A stretch of 63,477 bases of DNA, counting the filler. It is 4 parts of 4 records of this genome, joined end to end, with 100 filler letters (N's around TTAATTAATTAA, not from the genome) between each part and the next. Parts side by side here need not be neighbours in the genome. Positions count along the whole stretch, not along the records: positions 26,286 to 38,850 come from SRR20825010_6277; 3 more parts are not named here. The stretch is one strand, 5' to 3'. Position 1 is the stretch's first letter. Each line of letters starts with the position of its first letter. Of this stretch, positions 28,492-38,850 are shown piece by piece. The notes under the pieces were generated by a model. That model searched no databases. It was not told the DNA's origin and worked only from the letters and a program-made list of their open reading frames with translations. The position numbers and the translations under genes are program-made.

Positions 28492-29733
28492 ATGATCGAT
28501 CCCCGGCATCCGTTCCTGGACGAAATCATTCATGCACTGGGCCACAAGATAGGACCATCGGTCCCTATGTGGCTGCACCCGGTAATGCATGTCGTATTGG
28601 TCTGGGCGCCGCTCGCCCTAGTTACCGTGGGTTTATATTTCCTGGTCAAGGCGCTTTGGAACAATGCGCGCGCAAGGGCAAAATCACTCCCGTCCAAGCG
28701 AACCTATGCGCAGGCTGAAGCGGGGATATATGCGTTCGTGCTCAGTTACTCGGCACGGAAACAGGCAATGCTGATCGCAGCCGGCCTCCTCTCGCTTCCC
28801 ATCCTGTATGCCACGCTCGAACTGCCGAAACTGATCATCAATAACGCACTATCGGAGGCTAGACCGGAATCAGTGATCGACCGGTTCGGCTTCTCGGAAA
28901 CGACCCTACTATTCGTGCTCAGCGGATTGTATCTCCTCGCCATTGCCGCAAACGGCCTCGCCAAGTACTGGCTCAATGTTCGAAAAGGACGTGTCGGTGA
29001 GCGCCTTCTCCGTCGCCTTCGCCTGACCATATTCCGGCATTGGCAGCGCAGGGCTCACGGAGAGCGAGATACCGAAGTCATCCCACTGATCACACAGGAA
29101 ATTGAGCCGATAGGCGGATTTGCTGCCGATGCGTTCGCTGTTCCCGTTTTCCAGGGCGGGACTCTGGCGACAATCTTGTTTTTCATGTTCCTCCAGGACC
29201 CCGTACTCGGCGCAGCCGCCCTGACCCTGCTGCCGGTTCAGCTTGCACTGATCCCTAAAATCCAGCGGCGTGTGAACGCGCTGACACGAACGAGAGTTTC
29301 CGGAACCCGGGCCTTCGGCCGAGAGCTTGGAGCTGTTTTGCAGGACAGTGGCGCCCCGCGTTCGTCCGGTATCCGGTTCTCCATACGCAAGAGGATCCGG
29401 TTTCTCGAGGAGGTGCGTGAAAAGATCTACCGCTGGAAATTCTTCCAGAAAGCGCTGAACAACTTCCTGACCTCGCTCACCCCGTTTTTCTTCTACTCCA
29501 TCGGAGGGTACCTTGTCCTCGAGGGTCGCCTGACGATTGGCGCGCTTGTCGCCGCGCTTGCCGCCTACAAGGACATCTCAGCACCTCTGAGGGAGCTTTT
29601 TCAACATTATCAAATCCTTGAAGATGTGAAGATTCGCTACGCAGCACTTCAGGACTTCATTCACGAAACCCGCCACCAGAGCGGTGACGAAGAACTTGTG
29701 GATCTTGGCAACATGGAGCGGAGGACAGCATGA
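28492..29733 (+). CDS. ABC transporter transmembrane-domain-only protein
   Basis: LELPKLIINNAL, EIEPIGGFA, FMFLQDPVLG, LTIGALVAALAAYKD; no Walker motifs. Confidence 0.8.
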   Translation: MIDPRHPFLDEIIHALGHKIGPSVPMWLHPVMHVVLVWAPLALVTVGLYFLVKALWNNARARAKSLPSKRTYAQAEAGIYAFVLSYSARKQAMLIAAGLLSLPILYATLELPKLIINNALSEARPESVIDRFGFSETTLLFVLSGLYLLAIAANGLAKYWLNVRKGRVGERLLRRLRLTIFRHWQRRAHGERDTEVIPLITQEIEPIGGFAADAFAVPVFQGGTLATILFFMFLQDPVLGAAALTLLPVQLALIPKIQRRVNALTRTRVSGTRAFGRELGAVLQDSGAPRSSGIRFSIRKRIRFLEEVREKIYRWKFFQKALNNFLTSLTPFFFYSIGGYLVLEGRLTIGALVAALAAYKDISAPLRELFQHYQILEDVKIRYAALQDFIHETRHQSGDEELVDLGNMERRTA

Positions 29734-30194
29734 GACTGGATGTCATCAAGGGAAAACCGGCTCTCCGCGCCGGGCTCGCCATATTTGCCTCCCTGATGTT
29801 TTCAGAGGGCTTCGGACAAGCGAATGCGGACATCTCCAAAGATGTCTTCGATGCCATCTCCATTGAGCAGCTCTCCGTCGAACCTGCCACGCAAGGGGCT
29901 TCGGCGCGTGTCAAGTTCGCCATTGAGAATGAGAGCGGGCAGCCGCTCACGCTCACCGGGGTGAGTTCCGGCACAGCGTCGTCCGGTGCCTTGCGGCTGC
30001 GCTTTCCAATCACCGGAATGAGCCCTGTCCCCGAGCTGGCGATTCTGGATCGCGAACGCCTGGACCTCGGAACCTCGCATGTCGAAGCGGTGCTGCTTGA
30101 TGTCCGGGAACCGATCAGTCATGGCGACACGGTTCATCTGACCCTTCACTTCCGCAGCTTCAGCATTCCCGTCGTCGCCCACGCCCATCCGTAA
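29730..30194 (+). CDS. PCu(A)C-like periplasmic copper chaperone (degenerate)
   Basis: Signal peptide; IENESGQPLTLTGVSS..GDTVHLTLHF fold signature. Confidence 0.6.
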   Translation: MRLDVIKGKPALRAGLAIFASLMFSEGFGQANADISKDVFDAISIEQLSVEPATQGASARVKFAIENESGQPLTLTGVSSGTASSGALRLRFPITGMSPVPELAILDRERLDLGTSHVEAVLLDVREPISHGDTVHLTLHFRSFSIPVVAHAHP

Positions 30195-30268
30195 CGCTCA
30201 ACGGGTGTCGATGGCTTTGGAGGCGGAGCGTTCGGCCTAGCGGGTCGCCCTGTCACGAAGCCTCATCC

Positions 30269-31606
30269 TCAATGGCTGTGTTCGGTTTGCGGAGCCAGCC
30301 AACGAGCCAGATAGAACCGCTCGAAGACAAAGACCGAGATAATCGCCCCGGCCGCGTAAAACACGATCATTGGATCGGTATCCAGCTTCATCAGAGTGAA
30401 TGCAGCAAGCACGGTGCCGTCAAATCCGAGCGCCAGCAGCAACACCGGCGCCGACGCTCCGGTCTCGTGGCGCCGGAAGCGGAACACACCCCAATGCACC
30501 ACCATATCCATCACGAGGTAGAAGAATGCACCGAGTGACGCAATCCGGCTCAGGTCAAAGAAAACAGCGAGGATCGACGCGATCACCACGGTGTAGACCA
30601 GCGTGTGTCGCTGGATTGTCCCGGACATGCCGAAATGGCTGTGGGGGATCATCTTCATGTCCGTCAGCATGGCAAGCATGCGGGATACGGCGAAGACACT
30701 TGCGAGGACGCCTGAAACAGTGGCGACGGCTGCGAGGAGCACGGTCATATAAAAGCCGGTATTGCCAAAAGCCGGCTCGGCTGCTTCGGCTAGGGAATAG
30801 TCCTTTGCAGCAATGATTTCGTCGAGGCTTAAGCTCGAGCCGACCCCGAAAGCGACCAAAAGATAGGTTAGCACGCAAATCGCGATCGAGATCATGATAG
30901 CGCGGCCCACATTGCGATGCGGGTTCGTGATTTCGGCACCGCTATTGGTGATGGTCGTGAATCCTTTAAAGGCTAGGATTGCCAAGGCTACAGATGCGAC
31001 GAAACCTATCGGGCCGAACGAGCTTCCGGGATTGGAGGAAGAGGCTGCAAAGCTGAAGCCGCTTGACCAGAGTGCGGCGATCCCGAACAGGGCAATACCG
31101 CCGATCTTGACAGCGGCCATCAAGATCGAGAACAACCCCACGGACCGGTTTCCGGCAATGTTAATCAGAAATGCGAACACGATGACCCCAACCGCGAGTA
31201 TCGGCACCAACGGTCCGTCCGCGATATCGAAGGGGCGCAGCACATAAGTCGCGAAAGTTCTCGCAACGAGACTCTCGGCGATAACCATACTCAGCGCCAT
31301 TAGGAGCGCGGCGCCGGCGGCGACTGCCCCCGGTCCGTAGCATTTTTGCAGGATCATTGCGATCCCGCCGGAAGAGGGCCAAGCGTTCGACATGCTGATG
31401 TAACTGTAGGCGCTGAACCCGGTGATTATGGCCCCAACGATGAAAGCCAGAGGAAACAAAGGCCCTGCCAGTTCTGCTATTTGTCCCGTCAAGGCGAAGA
31501 TCCCGGCGCCGATCATGACTCCGGTTCCCATGGCGACGGCGCCACCGAGTGACAATGAGTCGGCTTGATAGCTTGCTTCGCGTTTTTCGTTTTTGGCGCT
31601 GTTCAT
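30269..31606 (-). CDS. APC-family permease
   Basis: GTGVMIGAGIF, PSSGG, AFKGFTTITN; many transmembrane helices. Confidence 0.9.
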   Translation of the reverse strand: MNSAKNEKREASYQADSLSLGGAVAMGTGVMIGAGIFALTGQIAELAGPLFPLAFIVGAIITGFSAYSYISMSNAWPSSGGIAMILQKCYGPGAVAAGAALLMALSMVIAESLVARTFATYVLRPFDIADGPLVPILAVGVIVFAFLINIAGNRSVGLFSILMAAVKIGGIALFGIAALWSSGFSFAASSSNPGSSFGPIGFVASVALAILAFKGFTTITNSGAEITNPHRNVGRAIMISIAICVLTYLLVAFGVGSSLSLDEIIAAKDYSLAEAAEPAFGNTGFYMTVLLAAVATVSGVLASVFAVSRMLAMLTDMKMIPHSHFGMSGTIQRHTLVYTVVIASILAVFFDLSRIASLGAFFYLVMDMVVHWGVFRFRRHETGASAPVLLLALGFDGTVLAAFTLMKLDTDPMIVFYAAGAIISVFVFERFYLARWLAPQTEHSH

Positions 31607-32295
31607 TTGATCGAGTTCTCCTCAAGTGTTTGCGCGTAGGTTTCTGGGCTTCCGGCCCTGGTTCTCCAAAGACCGAAAATGATGCCTATACCCGACAAGA
31701 GTCCGAGCCCCGTGAGACTGAAAAGGATGTCCATGCCGTCATCTTCTATCGCCCTGAGACCGGCGCCGGTATGCGACAGCAGGAACGTCGCCGGTATCAT
31801 CCCGGCGGCGGTCGCGAGGGCAAACCATGACCGATCCAAGCGAGTGAGGCCTGCGGCATAGCTGATCACGTCGAAGGACACAGCCGGCAGCAAGCGGGCG
31901 ATAAATACGACCGTGGTGAGGCCGACTTGGGAGTTCACCGTTCGCGGAAGCGAGATCGTCCCGATCCAGCGGCCAATCCGTTCTCGCCCGAACCGTCTGG
32001 CGAGTTCGAATGCGATTAGTGCGCCGATCTCGGCACCAGCAAGTGCGTATATGGTGCCCCATAGATGCCCGTAGACCGCTCCCGCCGCCAATGTGATCGG
32101 GGCGCTTGGTATGGGGCTGAACACGACAGCGGCTGCCATGATGAGCATGAGAATCACTGGACCCCATTGACCGGTATCCGCGATCTTGACCACGATTTGG
32201 TCGGCGGACCACCAAGGCACCGCTGAGGCGAGCGCATAGAGTAGTCCGGCCATGGATATGACCGTGACCGTTGCAGCTATGTGTTTGACCGGCAA
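31603..32295 (-). CDS. TVP38/TMEM64 (VTT/DedA-like) membrane protein; start uncertain (32295 or 32253)
   Basis: SPIPSAPITLAAGAVYG, ARLLPAVSFDVISYAAGLT. Confidence 0.85.
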   Translation of the reverse strand: MPVKHIAATVTVISMAGLLYALASAVPWWSADQIVVKIADTGQWGPVILMLIMAAAVVFSPIPSAPITLAAGAVYGHLWGTIYALAGAEIGALIAFELARRFGRERIGRWIGTISLPRTVNSQVGLTTVVFIARLLPAVSFDVISYAAGLTRLDRSWFALATAAGMIPATFLLSHTGAGLRAIEDDGMDILFSLTGLGLLSGIGIIFGLWRTRAGSPETYAQTLEENSIK

Positions 32296-32315
32296 TGTGA
32301 AGCGATAGCCGAAGG

Positions 32316-32981
32316 TCAATTTTGAGGGCCTCCACTCGATGGAAGCGGATCTCCGAAGCGTGGGATGAAACGGGGTGTCCGTTCGGCATAGCGGCGGTAT
32401 TCTTCGCCGAAGGTGGCTTCGGCGGCCTTTTCTTCCGACAGTGACAGGCGCCAATACATGAACAGCAGTACGGGATACATCGCGATGGTGAGTAGCGTCG
32501 GCCATTGGACGAGAAACCCGGTCAGGATTGCGACGAAACCGACATACTGAGGATGCCGGATACGCGCATAGAGACCGGCTACGGCGAGCCTTCCCTCCTT
32601 TTGCGCCTGATGGAGGGCGGGCCATGCTGCTGACAGGAGAAGGAAGCCGATGCCGAGCAAGAGAAAACTTAGAAGGTGGAACGGCCCAAAATGGGGGTTG
32701 TTTTCCCAGCCGAATATCATTTCCGGGAGATGCCCCGAATCATGAGCGAGCCAGTTGATATTCGGATAGGCGCTCTGCAGCCAGCCTGACAGCAGGTAGA
32801 TGGTCAGAGGAAACCCGTACATCTCCGTGAATAGAGCGATCAAAAAGGCGCTGAAGGCACCAAAAGACCTCCAGTCGCGTTTCGTCTGCGGCTTGAAGAA
32901 GCTGAAAGCGAAAATGATAAACACGGCCGAATTGATGATCACCAATGACCACAATCCGTAGTCAGCCTGCGGCTCAGTCAT
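32316..32981 (-). CDS. Isoprenylcysteine carboxylmethyltransferase-family membrane protein
   Basis: EMYGFPLTIY, GLYARIRHPQY, EE..FGEEYRRY..TPRFIP. Confidence 0.88.
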   Translation of the reverse strand: MTEPQADYGLWSLVIINSAVFIIFAFSFFKPQTKRDWRSFGAFSAFLIALFTEMYGFPLTIYLLSGWLQSAYPNINWLAHDSGHLPEMIFGWENNPHFGPFHLLSFLLLGIGFLLLSAAWPALHQAQKEGRLAVAGLYARIRHPQYVGFVAILTGFLVQWPTLLTIAMYPVLLFMYWRLSLSEEKAAEATFGEEYRRYAERTPRFIPRFGDPLPSSGGPQN

Positions 32982-33261
32982 TATTCCGCTCCCCAGCTTG
33001 TTCACCGAATGATCTCGGTGTTTCGTTTCCTTTTTTCGATCCGGGGCTGTGATCGGAATCGGCCGGAGCTTCGTTGCCGTGCCGGTGACCGTGTCCTCCA
33101 TGCATGAAAACATGAAGCAACGGACATACAAGAAGTAGGAGGTAGGGGAGGTAGGGTACGGCTAACTGAATGTGGGCCGAGTGCTCTGTCCAGAGGAAGT
33201 ATCCGGCGATTAGAATAAATCCTGCGTAAGCAATAGACCTGCGATTAAACAAGGAGATCAT
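32974..33261 (-). CDS. DUF2933-like small membrane protein
   Basis: EHSAH..LPYLLLLVCPLLHVFMHGGHGH. Confidence 0.8.
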   Translation of the reverse strand: MISLFNRRSIAYAGFILIAGYFLWTEHSAHIQLAVPYLPYLLLLVCPLLHVFMHGGHGHRHGNEAPADSDHSPGSKKGNETPRSFGEQAGERNND

Positions 33262-33349
33262 TTATACCATCCAACCGACAGCTCCGAGGCTGTCGTTCAA
33301 TGTGCTTCGAGTAACTGAGGAAGAGTAGATCCGGTATCGAAGCCACCAT

Positions 33350-34498
33350 TCATCTGACTACGACCATTTGATGCCCTACGCCGGAGAGTTGGAACCTCTT
33401 GACCACTGCGCCGCTCGAGATGTCGACCACCCAAGCTTCTGGGTTAGCCCTGGACGAGACTAGAGCCTGACCAGAATTCGGAATCGTGGTCACGTGATAT
33501 GGTTCGGAACCAAGAGGGTAGGTCGCAATCGAGCCTGATTTTAGGTTTATGGACGCAACGGCATCACTTCCTGTAACTGCGACAAACAGACGTTCTCCGT
33601 CATCTGACAGATCGAGACCGTGAACTTCACTATCGATGGCAATGTCTCGGAGAACTTTACCGGTGTTGACATCCAGCTCGATGACGCGGCCTGTCCCGGC
33701 ATCTGCGATGTAAAGAGTTCCGGTACCCAGTCCGTACGCCATATGCTCAGGCGCTTCTCCCGCGAGAAAATTGCGCCTAACAAATGCGCGCGCAAGATCG
33801 ACTTCGCTTACAGTCCCGTTCCCGGTGTTCGTCACAAAAGCCGTTTGGGATGACTGGTCAATGATTGCGTAATTAGGCATCGGGCCGGTTGGAACCCATC
33901 CGGTGACCTCATAGTTGCTCAAATCGATTATAGAGATGCCGTCGGCCCCGGGATGGGTGGCAACTGCGTAGCGGCCATCTGGGGACATCGCCGTGTGATG
34001 TACTGCACCGGGAACTTCTAATCGACGAATGATAGTTCCTGAAGCTCGGTCGATGATGGAGAGGATGCTGATACCTGCAATGTCTGGCCCGATCGCTTTT
34101 CCAGAGGCCCCATGATGAGCAGTATGCTCGTCAGCAGTTACGGAAGCTGGAGCCTCCACGGGCTTGTCCGTTTCTATAAGGCTTCCGGCGACGAGAACGC
34201 CGGAATTCGCTGTTCCAGACAGACCGTGGACCGCTTCCAATCCGTCAATTCGGCGGATCGTAGATCCGTTTGCACCATCGACAACGAGAACCGAATTCGC
34301 GCTCCCTTCCGGGATATAAATTGTCTGGGCATAAACCATACTGGAGGTGAAGCTCAGGATAGCGGTAACAATGATCGCCCCAAATGGCATACAGAATGGG
34401 ACTTTCAGGTGAGATGAGAAAGCGTTAGCAAAGGAATTCGCTGTCACGAGACAGCACCGGGATCGCTGAGAAAATCTCGACGACATCGTTCTCTCCAT
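33350..34498 (-). CDS. YncE/YVTN-type beta-propeller protein (start may be downstream)
   Basis: Repeated SVLVVD/ISIID/VSEVD strands; SPDGR. Confidence 0.8.
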   Translation of the reverse strand: MERTMSSRFSQRSRCCLVTANSFANAFSSHLKVPFCMPFGAIIVTAILSFTSSMVYAQTIYIPEGSANSVLVVDGANGSTIRRIDGLEAVHGLSGTANSGVLVAGSLIETDKPVEAPASVTADEHTAHHGASGKAIGPDIAGISILSIIDRASGTIIRRLEVPGAVHHTAMSPDGRYAVATHPGADGISIIDLSNYEVTGWVPTGPMPNYAIIDQSSQTAFVTNTGNGTVSEVDLARAFVRRNFLAGEAPEHMAYGLGTGTLYIADAGTGRVIELDVNTGKVLRDIAIDSEVHGLDLSDDGERLFVAVTGSDAVASINLKSGSIATYPLGSEPYHVTTIPNSGQALVSSRANPEAWVVDISSGAVVKRFQLSGVGHQMVVVR

Positions 34499-34655
34499 GG
34501 ATTCTGGTCATGACCCTCGGAGGTCACCCCCAGAGAGATCAGGCGCTTGAATATTTTTCAGATTGTTTGGCAGAGACCAGGCGGCCCGGAATTACGGAGG
34601 CACGCCTTAGCCCCATCAAACGGCTCGCCAATTGGCCAAGCCTTCGGAAAAGCCA

Positions 34656-35021
34656 TTAGACCGATTTGCTCAACGATGGCGGCCTGAGCAAGCCAGTCAC
34701 AGCCAATCCGTCACCAAGGAAATTCGACTGGGAATGGAAATGTCTCGAAATAAAATGGAAAAGCCGCAAAACATCATTCGCGACAATAAAAGTCAGACAA
34801 GCGAATGTGAGATGACAACGCACCTCCGGATCGGAGGGAGAAGTGTTTTCTGAATCAGTGTCCTGTTCGTCAAAATCCTGCACGGTCAACTCGGTATGAT
34901 GCGCTTGGGATTCCCACGGATCGATCACGACAGCTTTGTTGGCAATTAGAGACAGAAAGGCCATTGCGACGAAAAGTGGTGCCGCCCAATAAGCTCTCTG
35001 TCTGCCAAAAATGCCAAGCAT
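34656..35021 (-). CDS. Small hypothetical protein with Cys/His motif and C-terminal RPP
   Basis: Hydrophobic N-terminus, HHTE, CHLTFAC, LLRPPS. Confidence 0.45.
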   Translation of the reverse strand: MLGIFGRQRAYWAAPLFVAMAFLSLIANKAVVIDPWESQAHHTELTVQDFDEQDTDSENTSPSDPEVRCHLTFACLTFIVANDVLRLFHFISRHFHSQSNFLGDGLAVTGLLRPPSLSKSV

Positions 35022-35127
35022 TCTCTATCTTCCTATTTTCGAGTACCTTGGACAATCTCAGCGTTTGGTGCCTTGATCCAGATCAAGAAGAAAGCGTACA
35101 GAAACACTTTCGCTACCCCCCATTCTC

Positions 35128-35493
35128 TCACCGGATCCCGTTTGCAAGTTGCAGAGCGCGAACGTACTTAACGATCATCTCGACTTGCTTCTCGGTCACG
35201 CCATTAACGGGCTTCATATCTCCGAACCGCCAATGATGGGCTCGTGCGCCGCGTAGGGCTGCGAGATAGAAGGATTCGTCGCTATGGTGGCCCGCCGCAT
35301 ATACACGATGCAGGAATGGAGGACCCTTGTCGGTCCCCACGCCATTTATTCCATGGCATGCTGCGCAGAATTTGTCGTAAGCGATTTTCCCAAATACTGC
35401 CGCACCTTTCAGGTCTGGTTGTCTGACCTCCTGACTCCATGCGGAAGTGGACAGAACCACTAACGCAATCGCAGTCGATGTAAGGACTCGCAT
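35128..35493 (-). CDS. c-type cytochrome
   Basis: Signal peptide MRVLTSTAIAL; CAACH; HWRFGDM. Confidence 0.88.
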   Translation of the reverse strand: MRVLTSTAIALVVLSTSAWSQEVRQPDLKGAAVFGKIAYDKFCAACHGINGVGTDKGPPFLHRVYAAGHHSDESFYLAALRGARAHHWRFGDMKPVNGVTEKQVEMIVKYVRALQLANGIR

Positions 35494-35494
35494 A

Positions 35495-35974
35495 TTATTC
35501 TCCCTTGTCCGAACGCGTGACTTTCTGTTGCCTTTGCTGAATTTCCCGTGGCCAGGTACTCTTGATGAAAGACAGCACGGCGACGATGCTTCGATCGTCG
35601 AGGATCTCGTCAAAGCCGGGCATGTCGCTCTCGTATCCGTTACCCACCAAAACGGTCGGACCGAATTTTGTCAGTTCGAAGATGATGCGATCCGGGTGAT
35701 GCCACGTATGGCCGCTCTTATCGTGAGGCGGTGCGGGTAGCCGCCCGTCCGCTCTTCTTTGTCTCCAGGACGGCTGCCCCTCCAGATTCTGTCCGTGGCA
35801 AACTGCGCAATGTTCGGCGTAGATGATTTTCCCGGCGGTCACGAGTTCCGGATTGTTGGTATCCAACGCGGGGGCCGACGTATTGTTCTGTCCCTGCCAA
35901 TAAAAAGCGGCCAAGCCGGTTCCGATAATCGCGACGATCGCAGCGGCCCCGAGTACGATGTTTCGGGCTTTCAC
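35495..35974 (-). CDS. c-type cytochrome
   Basis: CAVCHG.NLEG, PAPPHD..GHTWHH, SDMPGF. Confidence 0.9.
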   Translation of the reverse strand: MKARNIVLGAAAIVAIIGTGLAAFYWQGQNNTSAPALDTNNPELVTAGKIIYAEHCAVCHGQNLEGQPSWRQRRADGRLPAPPHDKSGHTWHHPDRIIFELTKFGPTVLVGNGYESDMPGFDEILDDRSIVAVLSFIKSTWPREIQQRQQKVTRSDKGE

Positions 35975-36279
35975 CGCGAAAGAGCCTTCTTTCGATCCTC
36001 GAACTCTTCTCTGTCGATTTCCCCTCGTGCGAAACGCTCTTCAAGGATGCGCAAGGCGGAGCCGGCACTGCTTCCAGACCCGAACAAGCGGCTGACGACA
36101 ACAATTGCGACAATGATCAGTCCAAGCGCGACCAGCATCATGAATGGCCCCATGAACCAGCCGCCGTATATCATGTGTTCGCCGTAGAAACCGTCGCCTG
36201 GAGCTGCTGTCGCGGTGCGCGCGAGGGCCGCTGATCCAGCTAAAGCAGTTAGGCTGCAGATACCTTGTCGGATTAGCAT
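35971..36279 (-). CDS. SHOCT-domain membrane protein
   Basis: ALRILEERFARGEIDREEFEDRKK. Confidence 0.8.
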   Translation of the reverse strand: MLIRQGICSLTALAGSAALARTATAAPGDGFYGEHMIYGGWFMGPFMMLVALGLIIVAIVVVSRLFGSGSSAGSALRILEERFARGEIDREEFEDRKKALSR

Positions 36280-36304
36280 GTTTTGTCCTCCCGTGTGCGT
36301 GAGC

Positions 36305-36730
36305 CTAGTGACGTATAAGGTTCCCGGAGCTACCGTCGCCGGAAAGATCGTTGATAATCGGACATTCAGGGCGATCGTCCCCAGCGCAATGATCGAGAAG
36401 GTGAACAAGAACCTCACGGAGATTTCTCAATTCGACGATCTTCACCTCGATCTCATCCAGGTTTTTCTGGGCAAGTCTCTTCACGTCGGCACTGCTCCTC
36501 CCCGAGTCCTCATAAAGCGACAGAAGCGTTCGACAATCATCGACGCAGAAACCAAGACTCCGGGCTCTTTGAACAAAGCGCAATTTGTGGATCTCGATGT
36601 CTCCATACTGCCGGTAACCGTTCTCGGAGCGTGGAGCCACAACCAAACCGATATCCTCATAGTAGCGGATTGTCTTGACCGGCAGGTTCGACGCCCTTGA
36701 TGCTTGACCTATATTCTTGAGAATGCTCAT
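36305..36730 (-). CDS. cueR: Cu(I)-responsive MerR-family regulator
   Basis: KTIRYYEDIGL..RSENGYR; CAGDDRPECPI metal loop. Confidence 0.92.
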   Translation of the reverse strand: MSILKNIGQASRASNLPVKTIRYYEDIGLVVAPRSENGYRQYGDIEIHKLRFVQRARSLGFCVDDCRTLLSLYEDSGRSSADVKRLAQKNLDEIEVKIVELRNLREVLVHLLDHCAGDDRPECPIINDLSGDGSSGNLIRH

Positions 36731-36788
36731 TTTTTCCTCACGAGCTGTAAGCGCCGGTGTGTGCGGCCCAGTAAGGTGCCACGTAGCC

Positions 36789-38849
36789 TTACTTTAGCCG
36801 GACTCGTTTGAGACGCAGCGCGTTGCCGACCACGGAAAGCGACGAAAGGCTCATGGCCGCCGCCGCAAGGATTGGTGACAACAGAATCCCAAAAACAGGA
36901 TAGAGCACACCCGCAGCGATCGGCACGCCGGCTGCGTTGTAGATAAAGGCAAAGAACAGGTTTTGACGGATATTTCGCATCGTCGCCGTCGACAGGTGAC
37001 GCGCTCGTACGATGCCCTGTAGATCGCCCTTTACCAGCGTGAATCCAGCGCTCTCGATTGCAACATCGGCTCCGGTACCCATTGCAATGCCGACATCCGC
37101 CTGTGCCAGCGCCGGCGCGTCGTTCACACCGTCGCCAGCCATTGCAACCTTTTGGCCCTGCCCTTGGTGCTCCCGGACGATGTTGACCTTGTCTTCCGGC
37201 AAGACATCAGCGCGAAACTCCGCAATTCCAAGGCGATCGGCGACCGCTTTCGCGGTCCTGGCGTTGTCGCCAGTCGCCATAAGAATCCGTAGCCCGGCAT
37301 CCCGCAGCGCCTTGAGTGCTGCCGGTGTAGTTTCCTTTATCGGGTCTGCCACTGCGATAAGACCGGCCGCCTTTTTGTCAATTACGACGAACATCACTGT
37401 CTCGCCGTCATTTTGACGGGCCTTGATCGCCTCGCCCAGTTCTCCGGTTTCAATGTTTCGTTTTGAAAGAAGTCTTTCGTTGCCGAGAGCGACCTCAGTT
37501 CCGTCGATACTGCCGACCACCCCCATACCCGTGATTGCTTCAAACTCACCGACAGAGCGTAGAGTAAGACCTCTTTCCTTTGCGCCCTTCACGATGGCTT
37601 CGGCAAGGGGGTGTTCCGAGCCGCGCTCCAGGCTTGCCGCGAGCGTCAGAAGCTCAGTTTCGTCAAATCCTTCCGCAGTTTCCACAGCAACCAGCTTTGG
37701 GCGCCCCTCGGTCAGAGTGCCCGTCTTGTCCACAACCAGTATAGAGACAGCGGAAAACCGTTCGAGAGCCTCGGCGTTCTTGATAAGCACGCCAGCTTCT
37801 GCGCCTCGGCCCGTCGCAGTCATGATGGACATCGGCGTTGCGAGCCCGAGCGCACAGGGGCAAGCAATGATCAGCACCGAAACGGCGACAACCAATGCAT
37901 AGGCCATGGCCGGTGGCGGGCCCCATATTGACCAAGCAGCAAAAGCCGTGGCCGCTATCAAGATGACAGCAGGGACAAACCATCCGGCCACGGTGTCAGC
38001 TAGCCGCTGAATCGGCGCTCTGCTGCGTTGCGCCTGACTCACCATGTCGACGATTTGGCTGAGCAGGGTGTCCTTGCCGACGCGACGCGCTTCCATGATG
38101 ATCGAACCCGACTGGTTGATCGTCGCGCCGGTCACGGTGTCTCCGGATGATTTCTCCGTGGGAATAGACTCGCCGGAGATCATCGACTCGTCAATCGATG
38201 TGCGACCTTCATGGACGACGCCATCGACGGGAACCTTTTCTCCCGGTCGGACGCGTAACCGGTTGCCGACGACCACTTGATCAAGATCAATCTCTTCCTC
38301 TGTTCCATCGTCCCGGACAATGATCGCAGTCTTTGCCGCAAGGCTCAGCAGGGCTTTGATTGCTCCCGACGTCTTTTCTCGAGCGGACAGTTCCATGATC
38401 TGACCGAGTAGAACCAGAATCACGATGACCGCTCCGGCCTCGTAATAGACACCGACCGACCCGTCACTGTTTCTGAAGCCATCGGGGAACGTCTGTGGCA
38501 GAATCGTTGCAATCAAACTGAAACCATATGCCGCCCCGACACCGAGTGCGATCAGGGAAAACATGTTCAGGTTTCGGGAGAGGAACGATTTCCAGCCACG
38601 CACGAAAAATGGCCAGCCGGACCAGAGTATGACCGGCGTTGCCAGAACGAGTTCAGCCCAACTCGCCATCTGTTCGCCGAGCCATTCGCGAACCGGTATG
38701 CCTAAGTGTGGCCCCATGGCCAAAACCAGAACGGGTAGAGTCAGGATCGCACCAACCCAGAATCGCTTGGTGAAATCGATCAGTTCAGGGTTTGGGCCCG
38801 CGTCGGCCGAGGGCAACAACGGTTCAAGCGCCATGCCGCAGATCGGACA
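36789..38849 (-). CDS. Copper-translocating P1B-type ATPase (5' truncated)
   Basis: [43 protein letters not shown]. Confidence 0.95.
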   Translation of the reverse strand, partial: CPICGMALEPLLPSADAGPNPELIDFTKRFWVGAILTLPVLVLAMGPHLGIPVREWLGEQMASWAELVLATPVILWSGWPFFVRGWKSFLSRNLNMFSLIALGVGAAYGFSLIATILPQTFPDGFRNSDGSVGVYYEAGAVIVILVLLGQIMELSAREKTSGAIKALLSLAAKTAIIVRDDGTEEEIDLDQVVVGNRLRVRPGEKVPVDGVVHEGRTSIDESMISGESIPTEKSSGDTVTGATINQSGSIIMEARRVGKDTLLSQIVDMVSQAQRSRAPIQRLADTVAGWFVPAVILIAATAFAAWSIWGPPPAMAYALVVAVSVLIIACPCALGLATPMSIMTATGRGAEAGVLIKNAEALERFSAVSILVVDKTGTLTEGRPKLVAVETAEGFDETELLTLAASLERGSEHPLAEAIVKGAKERGLTLRSVGEFEAITGMGVVGSIDGTEVALGNERLLSKRNIETGELGEAIKARQNDGETVMFVVIDKKAAGLIAVADPIKETTPAALKALRDAGLRILMATGDNARTAKAVADRLGIAEFRADVLPEDKVNIVREHQGQGQKVAMAGDGVNDAPALAQADVGIAMGTGADVAIESAGFTLVKGDLQGIVRARHLSTATMRNIRQNLFFAFIYNAAGVPIAAGVLYPVFGILLSPILAAAAMSLSSLSVVGNALRLKRVRLK

Positions 38850-38850
38850 G

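Noticed and set aside
32296-32321. CueR box (TTGACCTTC on minus strand)
   Set aside because: The second half of the palindrome is missing.
32296-32625. Long N-terminal extension of the VTT protein
   Set aside because: Overlaps the methyltransferase-family gene in another frame and is Arg/Pro-rich, typical of shadow sequence.
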